The position numbers and the translations under genes are program-made. The notes beneath the pieces are model-generated. The model did no database searches and was not told where the DNA came from. It saw only the letters and a list, made by a program, of their open reading frames with translations. Positions 1 to 14,885 of a DNA stretch of 64,000 nt are shown here, piece by piece (within the stretch, counting starts at the first letter, position 1; every line of letters starts with the position of its first letter). Origin of the DNA: Eledone cirrhosa (lineage: Eukaryota). Where the stretch lies: NCBI GenBank assembly GCA_964016885.1, contig OZ024741.1:307644001-307708000 (forward strand). Direction: 5' to 3'.

Positions 1-1
1 C

Positions 2-89
<88 letters not shown>

Positions 90-439
90 TGTATTGACTA
101 TATTCTACTGTTGTTTGCATATTTATGTATCATGATTTTGTCTTCGTCTTCTTTTTCCCCTCCACCGCCTTTCTTTTCTTTCCTTCCAATGTATCTCTTT
201 CTTTCGGCCTGCTTAACTGTTTATCGATTAATCTATATATTTATGAATATAAATGCAGGCGTATATATCTATCTGTATGCCTTTGATGCTTGATTATTTA
301 TATGTATCTATATATGTATATATGTGTGCATGTATGTATGTGTGTATGTATGTACATATATATGTGTATGTATGTATGTGTATATGTATTTATGTATGTA
401 TGTATGCATGTACGTATGTATGTGTGTATGTATGTATGT

Positions 440-745
440 GTTTGCGGTTAGGATATTTTGGATTACAATCGTAAGTTCGATTCCCAGCGGTGAGTTGTGT
501 CCTTGAGCAAGACACTTTGTTTAACGTTGCTCCTGTCCACTCACCTGGGAAAAATGAGTTGTACCTCTATTTCGAATGGCCAGCCCTGTCACAGTCTGTG
601 TCATGCTGAATCTTCCTGAGAACTACGTGAAGTGTAACCGTGTCTGTGGTATCCTCAGTCGCTTACACGTTAATTTCATGAGCAGGCCGTTCCGTTGATC
701 GCATCAACTGGAACACTCATCGTCGTAATCGACGGAGCGTCTCAT
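440..745 (+). mobile_element. tRNA-derived SINE with CORE-like central domain, (TATG)n tail
   Basis: B-box-like GTTCGATTCC, then GTGTCCTTGAGCAAGACACTT. Related copies at ~11570-11750, ~37620-37760 (-) and ~45650-46010. Confidence 0.7.
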
Positions 746-799
746 GTATGTATGTATGTATGTATGTATGTATGTATGTATGTATGTATGTATGTATGC

Positions 800-1560
800 G
801 TGAATGTATGTATGTGCACCGCGATAGTTTCTACCAACAATGCTTGCGCTCCATCCTCAAGATCTCATGGGCGTCTCATACAACCGATACTGTTAAGCAT
901 CAAGACCATCATCATGAAACATCGTCTCCGGTTGTCAGATTAGGTAGTACACCTAGAACACAGCACACTCTCAAAACAACGGTACGCAGAACTAATGCAA
1001 GGCAAAAGCCTGCAGTACAAGCCACAAAGGCTATCTAAAGACTGCCTGAAAGGTAACCTGAAGAAGGGTCAATACCAAAACCGAAACATGTGAAAATCTT
1101 GCAACAGACGGGGTCCAGTGGCGAAATCTGATTGCTACCAGTGATAAGGAATTTGAATATAAGCAGAGGGTCTATGCTGTAATAAAACGAGCAGAGAAAT
1201 ATATTTTGGGGAAGGTAGTTTGCTCGCAGAACAGGGTTCAAAAGAGACTCTTACCTGTGAGAAATACGGACGTGTATGTATGTCGAAACCTGGGCTACTA
1301 AGCCACAGTAGACGTGATACTCATGGAAACAACACCTTTGAGTATCCCATCCACCTTAGTTTTGTATCTGTACGAAAGTGTCACTCTTCATGTTGGCATA
1401 CACGGCCCCACAAAGCATGCCTTACAAATCAAACACAAGCAGACCGAAAACGTATCCGTACATTATGTAGTATGATATGTAAGTCACATTTTTGTTTGAT
1501 GGGGCATCTAAGGCGAGGTCAGCGACAACAACATCATAAACACGCTTTTGACAATGATAA
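800..1560 (+). pseudogene. Decayed 3' fragment of an RTE-like LINE
   Basis: HRDSFYQQCLRSILKISW resembles the post-RT region of RTE ORFs; downstream CxxxxxxC...SH zinc-finger-like remnant; frameshifted. Confidence 0.55.
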
Positions 1561-1776
1561 TTTTTTTTCCTTTTGTTCTAAGAAGTGACTGTATTCGGAT
1601 TCGAGTTGGCTTCCACTATATATGTATATATGCACGGATGAGTGTGGGGGTGTTTATGTGCAAATCTATTTATCGAGCTATTTACTAATTCACACACACA
1701 CTCACACCCACTAACAGACATATAAAAGACCATGAATTTTAGATTCAATAGTACTGGCAATTACAAAACACTAGTG

Positions 1777-2015
1777 TTATCACATCGTTTTGCAGTAAAA
1801 GCCGTCATGCATTTGTTTATTTGTATTCACGTTAGTATATATCTTAGACTATATCTTAAACTCTGATCTGTGAGAGATAGAGTATAGATAGTCTGACGAA
1901 ACCTCAAATCACTTGAGACAGAGCAGAGTTTAAGATATAGTCTAAGATATATGATAAAATGAATACACATGAAAAAAAAAAGCATGACGGCTTTTACTGC
2001 AAAACGGCTTGATAA
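1777..2015. repeat. Imperfect fold-back inverted repeat (~95 bp arms)
   Basis: CGTTTTGCAGTAAAAGCCGTCATGC...ATATCTTAGACTATATCTTAAACTCTG is mirrored by CAGAGTTTAAGATATAGTCTAAGATAT...GCATGACGGCTTTTACTGCAAAACG. Confidence 0.85.
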
Positions 2016-2140
2016 TTGTTTCTACGTTGGGCACAAGGCCAGCAAATTACCCAGTGTATTACTGGTACTTTATTTTATCGACCCCGTAAGGATGAAAGGC
2101 AAAGTTAACTTCGGCGGGATTTGAACTCAGAATGGCAAGG
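2012..2140 (-). mobile_element. Abundant tRNA-derived SINE (family A), partial
   Basis: On the minus strand: GAGTTCAAATCCCGCCGAAGTTAACTTTGCCTTTCATCCTTACGGGGTCGATAAAATAAAGTACCAG, a motif repeated more than 12 times in the window. Confidence 0.85.
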
Positions 2141-2247
2141 GCTTGATAATACTAGTGTTTTGTATCCATCGATACTATTGAATCTAAAATTCATGGGATT
2201 TTGTAACAGGATACATCTAGTCCATTCATAGATAGATAGATAGATAG

Positions 2248-2329
<82 letters not shown>

Positions 2330-2562
2330 CTCCACCCGAGTACTGACTCATAGCTTATTTTTCGACCTGGAATGGCTGAATAGGAGTGTTTATTACGGTG
2401 AGACCTCAAAGATGTGGAATAAATGCCGCAAAGCATTCCATCTAATGACCTAATGAATTTACCATGTAGCCTATACCTATATCTATCTATCTATCTATAC
2501 ATACATACATACATACGTACATACATACATACGTACATACATACATACGTACATACATACAT

Positions 2563-3843
<1,281 letters not shown>

Positions 3844-3899
3844 GACAGGGTAGAGAAGGCATACACAGTAGTGGAAGTTCTGCCCAGCAGATGCTAATA

Positions 3900-4325
3900 T
3901 AATATTAAACATAAGCGAAAAGGAGAATATTTATGCAGAACTATTGAGAAATCTGAAGTTACTCCACCCGGACTATACTTTCAGATTGTACCTGTGATTA
4001 TTGGGGCACTGGGGTATGTTAGTAACTGCCTCAATACAAATCTTGAGAAGCTAGGCTTCACAGAAACAGAAAAAAACACTAGTTAGGAAATTACAAGTAC
4101 AATCCATTAATGAAACAGTAAAAATATGTAAAACATTCAAAAAATTCTGCATCTAATAACTGCATATACACATGTACAGATACAAAGCATATACACATGC
4201 ACACATATAACTCAAAACATCCACATCCATACATACATTAACATCCATACCTACACATGCATGCATACATATCTACCTTGTTGATGTTGTGTAAATTCCA
4301 ATGAGAGAGTCTTGTGTCTATGTTA
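3900..4325 (+). mobile_element. Second, diverged R4/Dong-like 3' end fragment
   Basis: Translates to ...FQIVPVIIGALGYVSNCLNTNLEKLGF...VKICKTFKKFCI*, homologous to the C-terminus of the 2991-3503 ORF. Confidence 0.75.
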
Positions 4326-4346
4326 GAAACTGACCCTCTCTCTCTC

Positions 4347-4457
<111 letters not shown>

Positions 4458-4615
4458 TGTATATATGTACATATATATATATATATATTTATTAAAATAA
4501 CAGATTAAGTTTAAGCAAAGAATCGCTGCTTTCACCCTTAACATTACTATTATTACTATATATATATATATATACATACATACATACATACATATATATA
4601 TATATACATATATAT

Positions 4616-4706
<91 letters not shown>

Positions 4707-4731
4707 CATATATATATACATATATACATAT

Positions 4732-4908
<177 letters not shown>

Positions 4909-5099
4909 ACGAGACGAGCATTCATAAACAATTGCTGCCTTCACATACAAAGGCTTGCTCAAGCATGCTCGATATCGATTCTTTTTGCTTACAGATGAGA
5001 TGGAGTAGGTAAGACGTAAGTATCGAGTAGGTAAGATGAATGTAATCAGATACTTATGATTTTGTTTTCATACGTTTGCTGCAAGACTGTCAACAAGAT

Positions 5100-5285
5100 T
5101 GGATTGGCAGTATCGATAGAGAGTCGGACGCCATGCTTTGACGCATAGAGTTACGGCCCTTGCCATTCTGAGTTCAAATCCCGCCGAGTTTAACTTTGCC
5201 TTTCTTCCTTATGTGGTCGATAAAATAAAGTACCAGTAATGTACTGGGTATTTGCTGGCCTTGTGCCAAAAGTAGAAACAATTAT
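5100..5285 (+). mobile_element. SINE family A
   Basis: TGGCAGTATCGATAGAG head, GAGTTCAAATCCC B box, shared central domain, GGCCTTGTGCC...AGAAACAATTAT tail. Confidence 0.85.
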
Positions 5286-5611
5286 ATGGGAAATATGGAA
5301 AATGGAAACCACTGAACATATAAAGACAAATGTAGACTAATGGAAATAAAATTCACAACCAAAAAACTGACCTCGATCATATTATAGATTTAGGGGGCAT
5401 TGTAACGGTAAAGACCACATCTAGAATGTGAGAAAGAACGGTTAAATCACATGAAGATGTGACAATTCTCACCTAACATATGACATGGAATAGTCCACTA
5501 CTGCAACGGGTGGTCTTTACCACTATTATAAGAATATATAGCCTTGATCCGGCTGAATGATTAAGAAAGAAAACATGGAAGGTCCTGAAACTGGAGGTCT
5601 TATACACCGCC

Positions 5612-5822
5612 TATGATGATGATGAAGAAGAAGAAGAAGAAGAAGAAGAAGAAGAAGAAGAAGAAGAAGAAGAAGAAGAAGAAGAAGAAGGAGGAGGAGA
5701 AGAAGGAGGAAGAGGAGGAGGAGAGAGAGGGGAGGAGGAGAAGGAGAAGGAGGAGAAGGAAAAGGAGACGAAGAAGAAGGAAAAGGAGGACGAGAAGAAG
5801 AAGAAGAAGAGGGAGGAGGAGG

Positions 5823-5855
<33 letters not shown>

Positions 5856-5900
5856 AGAAGAAGAAGAAGAAGAAGAAGAAGAAGAAGAAGAAGAAGAAGA
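5612..5900. repeat. (GAA)n/(GGA)n polypurine microsatellite
   Basis: Direct reading. Confidence 0.95.
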
Positions 5901-6960
5901 ATGTCAAACATGAGGGTTAAATTGTCTATATATAGCTGTGGCCTTATGTACATAGGAGGAACAACGTCTGGAGTGGTCACTTGGCGAACAATATTTCCAA
6001 ACATTTAGAGGTACATAAATCCCATGTCTTACCCCTATTGTATATGATGTTAGTCTCAGTATCTTCTGGCTTAGTTTGAGACCCCACACCTGGGTGGTCA
6101 CAGCTCTTTAGTCTGCTATAGCTTTTTCGCTGCATTGTATCGGTGTGTACATCGCAGCGAGTCTTGAATGTATTGGGGGTCATCCCTAAATAAGCCTTCT
6201 TATTTCGACATTGCATTTATACACGGTCATCAGTTAGGTCAGAGATTCTCAAAGTGGGCACTAAACCCCCCCAAGCGGGAGGGGCCGCTGAGAAGGTCCA
6301 GGTAGGGGCGTGTTAGATATTATACAATAGGGGGTAGATATTATACAATAATATATTAAATATCAAATAATACATGTATATAAATTAACGATTTAATTTA
6401 TATTATTTACAATTAGGCAAGTCCCTCTTGAAATAGGATTGGGGGCGCTGAGGGTATTACGTAGCCGTGAGGGGCGGGAGTGGCCCAAAAAGTTTGAGAA
6501 CCTCTGAGTTAGGCACTGCGAGTTCCGTGGACAGATGTTCTAGTTAGGACAATTACATAATTTCCTCGAACAACTTTGGATGTTACGTGTTCTTTTTGTT
6601 ATATCTGAAATGGCTATATACTTAGCGATATTTGGTTGGGTAGAATACGATAGCATATTTGTATTTAATTAAGGATAGGGTATTATTTGTGTTGCGGGTA
6701 AGTGTTTTTTAAGTAATATAAAATCATGTTGCTATCTGGGTGGAGACAGCTATCTTGAAAGTAGGGGTTTGTACCACTGAATGTGTCTATATCGACTACA
6801 GTTAGGATTCGTAGGCCGAGTGTGAATATAAGTGACTTTTTTCTTTGAAACCGCTTCTGGTGAGGATTTCCTTGTAATAATATACAAATATGTTCTCGTT
6901 GGTTGATAGGGTAGAAATCCTGAGGGACATGTTTTATAACTAGGGTCATTGGAGTGGACG
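5900..6960 (-). pseudogene. Decayed Penelope-like element (GIY-YIG region), interrupted by a MITE
   Basis: Minus strand gives YLGMTPNTFKTR..H and NTYPQHK...LSYSTQPNIAKYI, matching the Penelope relic at 59.6-60.8 kb (FPSQHK...LSYST.MNMAQNI, YIGST..FKARF..H). Confidence 0.7.
6240..6506. mobile_element. hAT-type MITE, 267 bp
   Basis: TIRs CAGAGATTCTCAAA / TTTGAGAACCTCTG; 8-bp TSD AGTTAGGT (6232-6239) and AGTTAGGC (6507-6514). Confidence 0.85.
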
Positions 6961-7199
6961 CTACTGTATATTAGGGAGTGGTAAGGATTATGGAAGGAGT
7001 ACTAGAGAGTCAGCTAAGTCTAAAATTATATGGAGGACGTGTACTTGAGTTAGATTGGTTTGTACCGTTACTTTCAGGACAAGGTTATTAAAGAAAGAAT
7101 GGAAATTCTTTCTAAACATATATAGAGGCCAATAAAATCACTGATCTCTGCTGAGTCGCTCGCCAACTGACCAACCCCGAATGAACTTTAATAACGCTG

Positions 7200-7276
<77 letters not shown>

Positions 7277-8439
7277 AGAAAACACAGGTAAGCATTAAGA
7301 GAAGGATTTTATCCAGGTATTTACGACCGTTTCATTGGTATACTTTATACTCCAAGATTGAACGGAATTCTTACAAACTTGTGGAGTTACCCCTAACCGT
7401 ACGTTGAAACCATCCATGAAACTGGCTTTCTTAACCAAAAACTGGATCACAATAAGCAATGTTTTGCTTCTCTAACTATATATATATATGTGTGTGTGTG
7501 TGTGCGTGTTTCGTATATGTATGTGCTTGTATATGTATGTGCTTGTATATGTATGTGCATGGATATACACACATGTATACACACACACGCGCGCACATAC
7601 ACATACACACACACATATATATATATTGGTTTTTCTTACAATGGGATGAAGAGAGGAGCATCTCGAATATATACTCAATAGCATGTAGTTAAAATGTTCA
7701 TTTATTTGATATAATTTATTCTTACAAAATGATCGTCTCGTTTCGCTACTATGATCTGTTGATAGAGTTGAAATTATTATTCAAATGTTCGTAAATATAT
7801 AACATATCCCTTCCAAGCCATTTAATCTCCTTTTACGACACGCAGGGATACGATGAAGCTTTTCTAAACACAATTCTGAAAATAAATGGTATAATACGGT
7901 AATATTATCTATGTATATATTAAACAAACAATTACTCTCGTGTCTCGAATAGTCGTAGCTCGTCGCTTATTAATTTTTCAGACCCCCCCCCCCCTTCCTC
8001 CTGATCCGCTTATTAAATTTTGCCAATCTATCTCAGGCGAATTTTTATTTTAAGTGAGGGCATTCCTGTGGCAATTAATGTTCTTTAGACATTAAAAAAG
8101 AAATAACATCATACATGACAAAAAGTACATTATAAGCAATCTCAGACGTTATAAATTAAATAGAATGGGTTGCGCTTTCAATATATAGACTAAATGACCA
8201 ATTCTGGTTTTTAAAAACATCTACAGAGATAACCTAGAAACGTTACCGATTTTCCAGCCTCCCCGCTCATCCCTATCCTATTATTTGGGACCCAAGTGTA
8301 TATTTACATTGTTTTCGCAGTCATGGTAGTCATGATGTAAGCTTACGTTATTATTAATGTTTGTAACACAGCATAAGATAGATAAATTGATAGTAATAAT
8401 ACTATTAACAACAATCATAATAAAGTTCCTGAAAATTAT

Positions 8440-8620
8440 CTTTTCTGATTTAAGCACAAGGCCAACAATTCTCGGAAATGGGGAAGTCGATTAAAGTGAC
8501 CCAAGTGCATTACTAGTACTTTATTTTATCGACACTCGGCGAGATTTGGACTCAGAACACAAAGGGACGTAACTATATGACGCAAATCATGTTTCCAACG
8601 CTCCGATACTGCCAAAACAC
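8440..8620 (-). mobile_element. SINE family A, diverged
   Basis: GCACAAGGCC...TACTTTATTTTATCGAC...GATTTGGACTCAG on the + strand. Confidence 0.75.
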
Positions 8621-8922
8621 TAATAGTGATATTTCAAAGTTTACAGATTTATTTTAATACATATAAATGCACTTATACGAACACACATATGCATATTCCT
8701 ACATATATATATATACAAACATACACACACCACACACAGACACATTCAGACACAATTTTTGGAACGTTGAAGCTGTCATAATTTATTTTGAAAATTCGAA
8801 GACAGGACATATGCAACGTGACGACATCAAGAAACAAGATTTTCAGTATTATTTTACCAAATAAATTTCCATGTACGTATAAGTGTATTTAATGTTGTCA
8901 TGATGCATTTAGTAAACATATC

Positions 8923-9110
8923 TTTGTTTCTACTTTAGGCACAAGGCCACCAATTACCCAGTACATTACTGGTACTTTATTTTATCGACCCCGTAAGGAT
9001 GAAAGGCAAAGTTAACCTCGGCGGGATTTGAACTCAGACTGTAAAGGGGCGTAACTATGCTAGAAAGCATGGCGTCCAACCCTCTACCGATACTGCCAAT
9101 TCACCGCCCC
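8923..9110 (-). mobile_element. Full-length SINE family A with 13-bp TSD
   Basis: TSD TAGTAAACATATC at 8910-8922 and 9111-9123; complete head to tail. Confidence 0.9.
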
Positions 9111-9124
9111 TAGTAAACATATCG

Positions 9125-11190
9125 TCATTCTTCTTGTGACGCTAAACTACGCCAGTTGCAGTCTGCGCATTAACCTGTGATATCTGTCTCCACGAAGTTC
9201 AATCACCAGCAGCAGAGTTCAAAGAGCAAAGATCAAGTCCAGTCCATGAATTGATATTGTCAAGCCATCGTTTTGGCTGGCGGCCTCTGCTCCTTTACCA
9301 GCCAACCTTCCTTCCAGGCATAACTTACTCACACAACGAGTTGATCTTTTTATATGGCCGTATAGTTTGAGTACTCTTGACTTGACAATTGATGTAATTG
9401 GTCTAATTCTGGTAATGTTGAGCAGCTCACTGATACAGATATAGTCGCTGAGCCGCTTGCCAGTCATAAGTCTCATGATGAAGTTCTTGAATGTAGAGAG
9501 CTTCTGAAGTGACTTTGTCGTCCAATCAACACAGTCAAGACCATATAACACAACTGGTCGGATGTAAGTATCAAAGATCTTAGCCTTCAAATGATAGGAA
9601 ACTTGTTTTGATGTTAGTACTTCCTTGTTCTCGTTGAAAGCTGCCCAACCTAGAGCGATTTGATATTGCTCAGAAACCATTTCATTGTTGTTTGATGATA
9701 GTGTGTGACCGAGATATACAATCTCCGTAACTTGAGAAATTTACTGGTTGTAGATTGTGAGTTGGAGAATGGCATTGTTTTTATCAGTTGACATCCATTT
9801 TGTTTTGGAGATGTTGATGTATAAGCCAGCCTCCAGCGAATGTTTGGCCAGTACATTCAGAAAATCTTGAAGATCAATTCTAGAGTAACTCATGATGGCC
9901 AGATCGTCTGCATAGTTAAGATTTGATAGGATTTTACCTCCTATTTGATAGTCAGAGGAGCATTCTTTTTCAGTTTGGTAAATAAGTGCAGCTATAACTA
10001 TACAGAAAAGAAGTGCTGATAGTACATCCCCCTGCTTAACTCCCTTCAAGATGTCTATACAGCGTATAGTTCCCAAGTCTGTTTTGATATATGCTGCTGA
10101 GTTGGTGTAAGTTTCTTTCAATAGGTTGATGTATTTTTTGTTAATTGAGGTCTTGTTTAAGAGTTGCCACAAGCTGGGTAGTTTCACGTTGTCAAAAGCT
10201 TTTGTGGAATCAATGAAGGGCTGTTGAATTCTACTGATTTCTCAATGAGTTGTTCAATAGCTAGGATCTAAATGAGGCATAAAGGTCTGACTTCACTCGT
10301 GCTGCAATGATACTCATGAAAAGCTTGTAAACGTGACTCAGTAAGCTGATAGGACGATAGTTCCCTCAATCAAGTCGGCTACATCGTTTTGTAGAGTACA
10401 ACTATCAATGCTTTCTTGAACATGTCTGGGATTTTTCCTGTAGTAATAATACAGTTAAAGAGATGCAGTGCTTTGATAATTGGTTCACCTCCAGCTTTGA
10501 TCAATTCTGAGTATATGTTGTCCAGTCCAGAGCTTTTACCTCGCTTCAAACTTTTGATGGCATGAGACATCTCAGTAGTCAAGATAGATGAAATAGCATC
10601 TGATGTCGAATCATGAATGGTTGTTTGTTCTGAGTTGCTGAAGTACAGTTCATAGAATCTATCCCAGCGTTCAAGGATATCATATTTGGAAGTAAGTATA
10701 ATATCGTTTTAATCTTTAATGCCCCAGCTAAGATTTCTTGGTTTAGTCTTTAGTTTCTTCAGAATAGCATGATATAACCTGTTGGGTGGTAGGTTATTCA
10801 GCTCCTCGATATTGTTGTACATTTGCTTAAGTTTGTCTGATTTAACGAGTTTTTTTTATTATTAAGCCTTTGCTATTCTATATTGGGCTGATGTATGGCC
10901 AGATTCTTTTCTGATACTATGTTTTTCAGATATTGCTTTCATTGTTTGCTGTGACATCCATTGTGGGATGGAAAGGCTTTCTTTAGGTAAAATCTCTTCA
11001 GATACCTCTTTTATGTCTCTGCAGAATGTATCATAAATCTTGTCAAGGTCTTCATCAGATTGCAAAGCTGAAAAGTGATTTTGCAACTCGAGTTGTTTCG
11101 TTACATGAGAGTTAACTTTCGATAGTATTTTAGTATTTTGTTGTCAAACAAAGTTGATGCGAAATCTCGTGCGCACCATACGATTGTCAT
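9125..11190 (-). pseudogene. RTE-clade LINE, 5'-truncated, frameshifted RT
   Basis: KSSGLDNIYSELIK, YRPISLL, FIDSTKAFDNV, GVKQGDVLS, LNYADDL, INISKTKWM, YLGH, IRPVVLYG. Confidence 0.9.
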
Positions 11191-11214
11191 TACTTATTTT
11201 ATATAAAGCCGTTG

Positions 11215-11600
11215 GTGTATGAATGAGTGGTTAAGAAGTTCGCTTCGCAGTCATGAAGTCTCGCGTCTGACCACACTCCATGGTACCTTGTGCATGTGCC
11301 TTTACCATAGTCTCGTATCAATTGTGAGTGAAATTGGGTCGACTGAAACAGTTTGTACGCTCCTTAGACCGGCCGTCTTGCCATATATTATGATTTATGA
11401 TTTAGGCACAAGGCCAACAATTTGAGGAGGGGACGATTAAATCAACCCCAATGCATTATTAGTACTTTATTTTATCGACGACGTAGGGGGAAAGGCAAAA
11501 CAAACCTCAGCAGGATTTGAATTCAGAACGTAAAGAGCCGTAACTCACGAAGCATGGTATCCGACGATCTACCGATACGGCTAATTCCCCGCCCTTGCCA
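11215..11600. mobile_element. Nested SINE fragments (a + strand tRNA-head SINE and a - strand family A copy)
   Basis: GAGTGGTTAAGAAGTTCGCTT head at ~11225; family A at ~11395-11600. Confidence 0.65.
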
Positions 11601-11849
11601 TATATTATGTCACATGGAATCAGCTTGGTAACTATGTCAACATATGTTTGTGGGCTACTCTAGTAATTAAACGTTCATTCACGAGCCGGACGTTTAAATT
11701 GATGGAACAATTGAAAACTCATTGTCGAAACCGACAGAGGATCCATCATATTAAATTGACTCCCGAAAAAAAAAACTACACAATCTAATCTAATCTGGCC
11801 GAGTTTACACTCGCAAATAAGAAGAACCAGGGCCGCCCCTAGGAGTATT

Positions 11850-12216
11850 GGATTTGGTGTACTTCATATTTGTTTCGGTTGCTGAATACAATCAGGGGTC
11901 GCTGCTTCTCTTGAAGGTCAATAGTTCTCTTCTAACTCGAACGGGAGCGCCTTTCCATTGTCAATTTGCATTGATCATCTGCAAAGCCGCATTATTCTCA
12001 GAACCACCACACCAGTCTTTCAATGCGTGCCGCTGGAACTACTGCCAACCATTGATTTGGCAGGGTCACAACTCATTTCTACAGCTGAGTCAACTGGAGC
12101 AACGTGAAATAAAGTGTCTTGCTCAAGGACACAACACATCACCCGGCCCGAGAATCGAACTCACAACCTTTCGATTGCAAGCCCAATGCTCTAACCACTA
12201 AGCCATGAACCTTCAC
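11850..12216 (-). mobile_element. tRNA-derived CORE-like SINE
   Basis: Minus strand: TGGCTTAGTGGTTAGAGCA (A box), GAGTTCGATTCTC (B box), GTGTCCTTGAGCAAGACACTT. Confidence 0.8.
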
Positions 12217-12613
12217 TAAACACAAGGACGGTACAAATAAGTTATTTATTGTGCAATTCTATTGATGGCTCATTACAATGAGGTGAAACAATTAAAGGAC
12301 ATTGTAACTGAATTGATGTGATTCGGTTAATGATGAAAACAATTATTATCAACGATCTGTTTTAACACGACTTTAAAAACTGATACAGGTAGTAATATTT
12401 AATTATTGAATCTATACACCTAAGTGGTACAGGTAAAAGACAAAAGAAGTTAGATTAAGATATTTATTTTTTATTTTACGGTAAATTTTGAACTTCAAAT
12501 TAAATGCAAATAGTCCCTGAAAAGTATTTGTATGTCTCTCTCACCCTCTCACCTTCTCTCACTCTCTTTACACACACACACACACATATATATATATACA
12601 TACACACATACAT

Positions 12614-12678
<65 letters not shown>

Positions 12679-13372
12679 TATATATATATACGTGTGTGTG
12701 TATGTGCATGTATGATTGTGCGTATATATATATATATGCATGGCCTGACGTAACAGAACATATCGGTTGTTTGCTGTATTCGTGTTATGTCGTTGTTTAT
12801 TATCTCTGCCTTAGTATTAAGCCTTAGCGTTTATCCAAATCTCTTACAGTTATCATCTAAGGTCTATGGTCGCCTAGCAACCATCACAGACACCCCCCTC
12901 CCCTGGTCACCTTCATCTCCACCACTAGCTTCTCCTGTATCGCCAGCAATCGCTACTATAGCTATCATAACCACAATTACTAAACAACATCGATCCCCAT
13001 TCCCAATCATCATCATACACATCTCTACCACCATTCCCTCACCGCCACCATCAATAAAAAGGCTTCACCAGCACACCCTCATTAATAACCACAACAACCA
13101 TAATTAACTCATCCATCAGCCACAATAACAACTGCCATAACATTCCTACCCCCCCCCCCACACACACACACACACCACCACAATCAACATCACCACAGCC
13201 GCCATCACTGCCATATTCATCATAAAGCTTTACCTAACCACACCCGCTTCACTGCCAACAACATAACGATTATCTAATTATCTGTCTATCATTCTATATA
13301 TCTATCTACGCACCTGTTTATTTATATATTATATTTATCTATAAATGTAAGGGTTTATACATACATACATAA

Positions 13373-13435
<63 letters not shown>

Positions 13436-13547
13436 TATATATGTATATATATATATATGTGTGTGTGTAGAGAGAGAGAGAGAGAGATAGAGAGAGAGAA
13501 AGAGAGAGAGAGAGAGGGGGGGTGGATATACACACACATATATATGT

Positions 13548-13850
13548 AAAAATTTCGGCAAGGCCACCCGTAACTCGCTCGGTATGCAAGTGAGGCTACT
13601 CAGCCGATGTATACTTATGAAAATACTATATATTTTCAAACGTTCAACAGATTGCCAGAGGTATAGAGTCCTAATGAAGGGTAATAACCTAGAAACATGC
13701 TGATTGTTCCAAAATGCCAGTGTTGAACAAACGGATGACAAATCGTGGTCGGCACGGCACAGCTTTAATCGGGCCGTTTGTTTACAAACGAATAGAATAT
13801 TATTGTTAATATTCGATGTAACCCATTCGTACATATGTATATGTCGCCAA
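13548..13850 (+). mobile_element. Diverged copy of the non-coding hammerhead-bearing family U (see 24984-25412)
   Basis: Colinear blocks CTCG(G/A)TATGCAA..AGGCT.CTCAGCCG, ACGTTCAAC, CAGTGTTGAACAAA, TTTGTTTACAAAC; decayed hammerhead at 13666-13705. Confidence 0.75.
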
Positions 13851-14000
13851 TAAGCAAGAAACAGACTGTCGATCACTCTCCCTTTCTTTTTGCCGAAAAT
13901 AAGTAAGTGACATGGACACTACTTTAAAACTGTTAGCGAATAGTCTTCAAAACGTTTTTAATTAAACATGCAGTATATTGCCATATATACTATATATACA

Positions 14001-14099
<99 letters not shown>

Positions 14100-14195
14100 A
14101 TGTACGTATGCATACTTACATGTAAGTATGCATACGTACACCCCCCACACACACACACAGACACATATATATACATGTAAGTATGCATACGTACG

Positions 14196-14234
<39 letters not shown>

Positions 14235-14252
14235 ACACACACCCACACACAC

Positions 14253-14330
<78 letters not shown>

Positions 14331-14885
14331 AGGTGTACGTATGCATACTTACATATATACATGTATGTACATATATATAACTTGACTTTATATTCTTTTA
14401 TTCTTTTACCAGTTGTAGGGATTGGATTGCATTCATGCTGGGACCAGATCTTCAAGGATTTAATCAACCACTGCACCCAATTACCTATTTTGAAGGGACT
14501 TCTCTTATTGATCTCTATTGAAACGCTACGTTAGTAATTTTTAGACCGTAACGGTAAACGCAAGTATAATTGATATATATATATATTTGCACCTAGCAAG
14601 TTCCCCTCCGCAGGACAAGATCGGACATACCAGTCTCCCTTGGACAACATAGGTGGCGTGGAAAGGGGAAACAGATATGCATGAGCGGCAACTGTTCTTC
14701 CACATAAACACCTTGCCCAGGTTGTGCCTCAGAGAGGAAACTCTCAAGGTGCAAAACGCTTCGTCATTCGTGACCGAAGCGGATCTCAACGCTATATATA
14801 TTACACACACGCACACGCACACACATACACACACACGCACACTCACACACACACAGATATGTATATATATATATATATATATATT

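Noticed and set aside
5445-5490. Hammerhead-like ATGAAGA-TGTGA..TCAC..CATATG
   Set aside because: Three or more core positions deviate; cannot be distinguished from chance.
7300-7360. Half-hammerhead on the minus strand (stem-GAAA-CGGTCG-TA)
   Set aside because: No CTGANGA or stem I partner visible.
7933-8300. Possible MITE with degenerate TIRs
   Set aside because: Only about 14/20 TIR identity and a single copy in the window.
12140-12216. tRNA gene
   Set aside because: A and B boxes are present but run into a SINE body; no complete cloverleaf.
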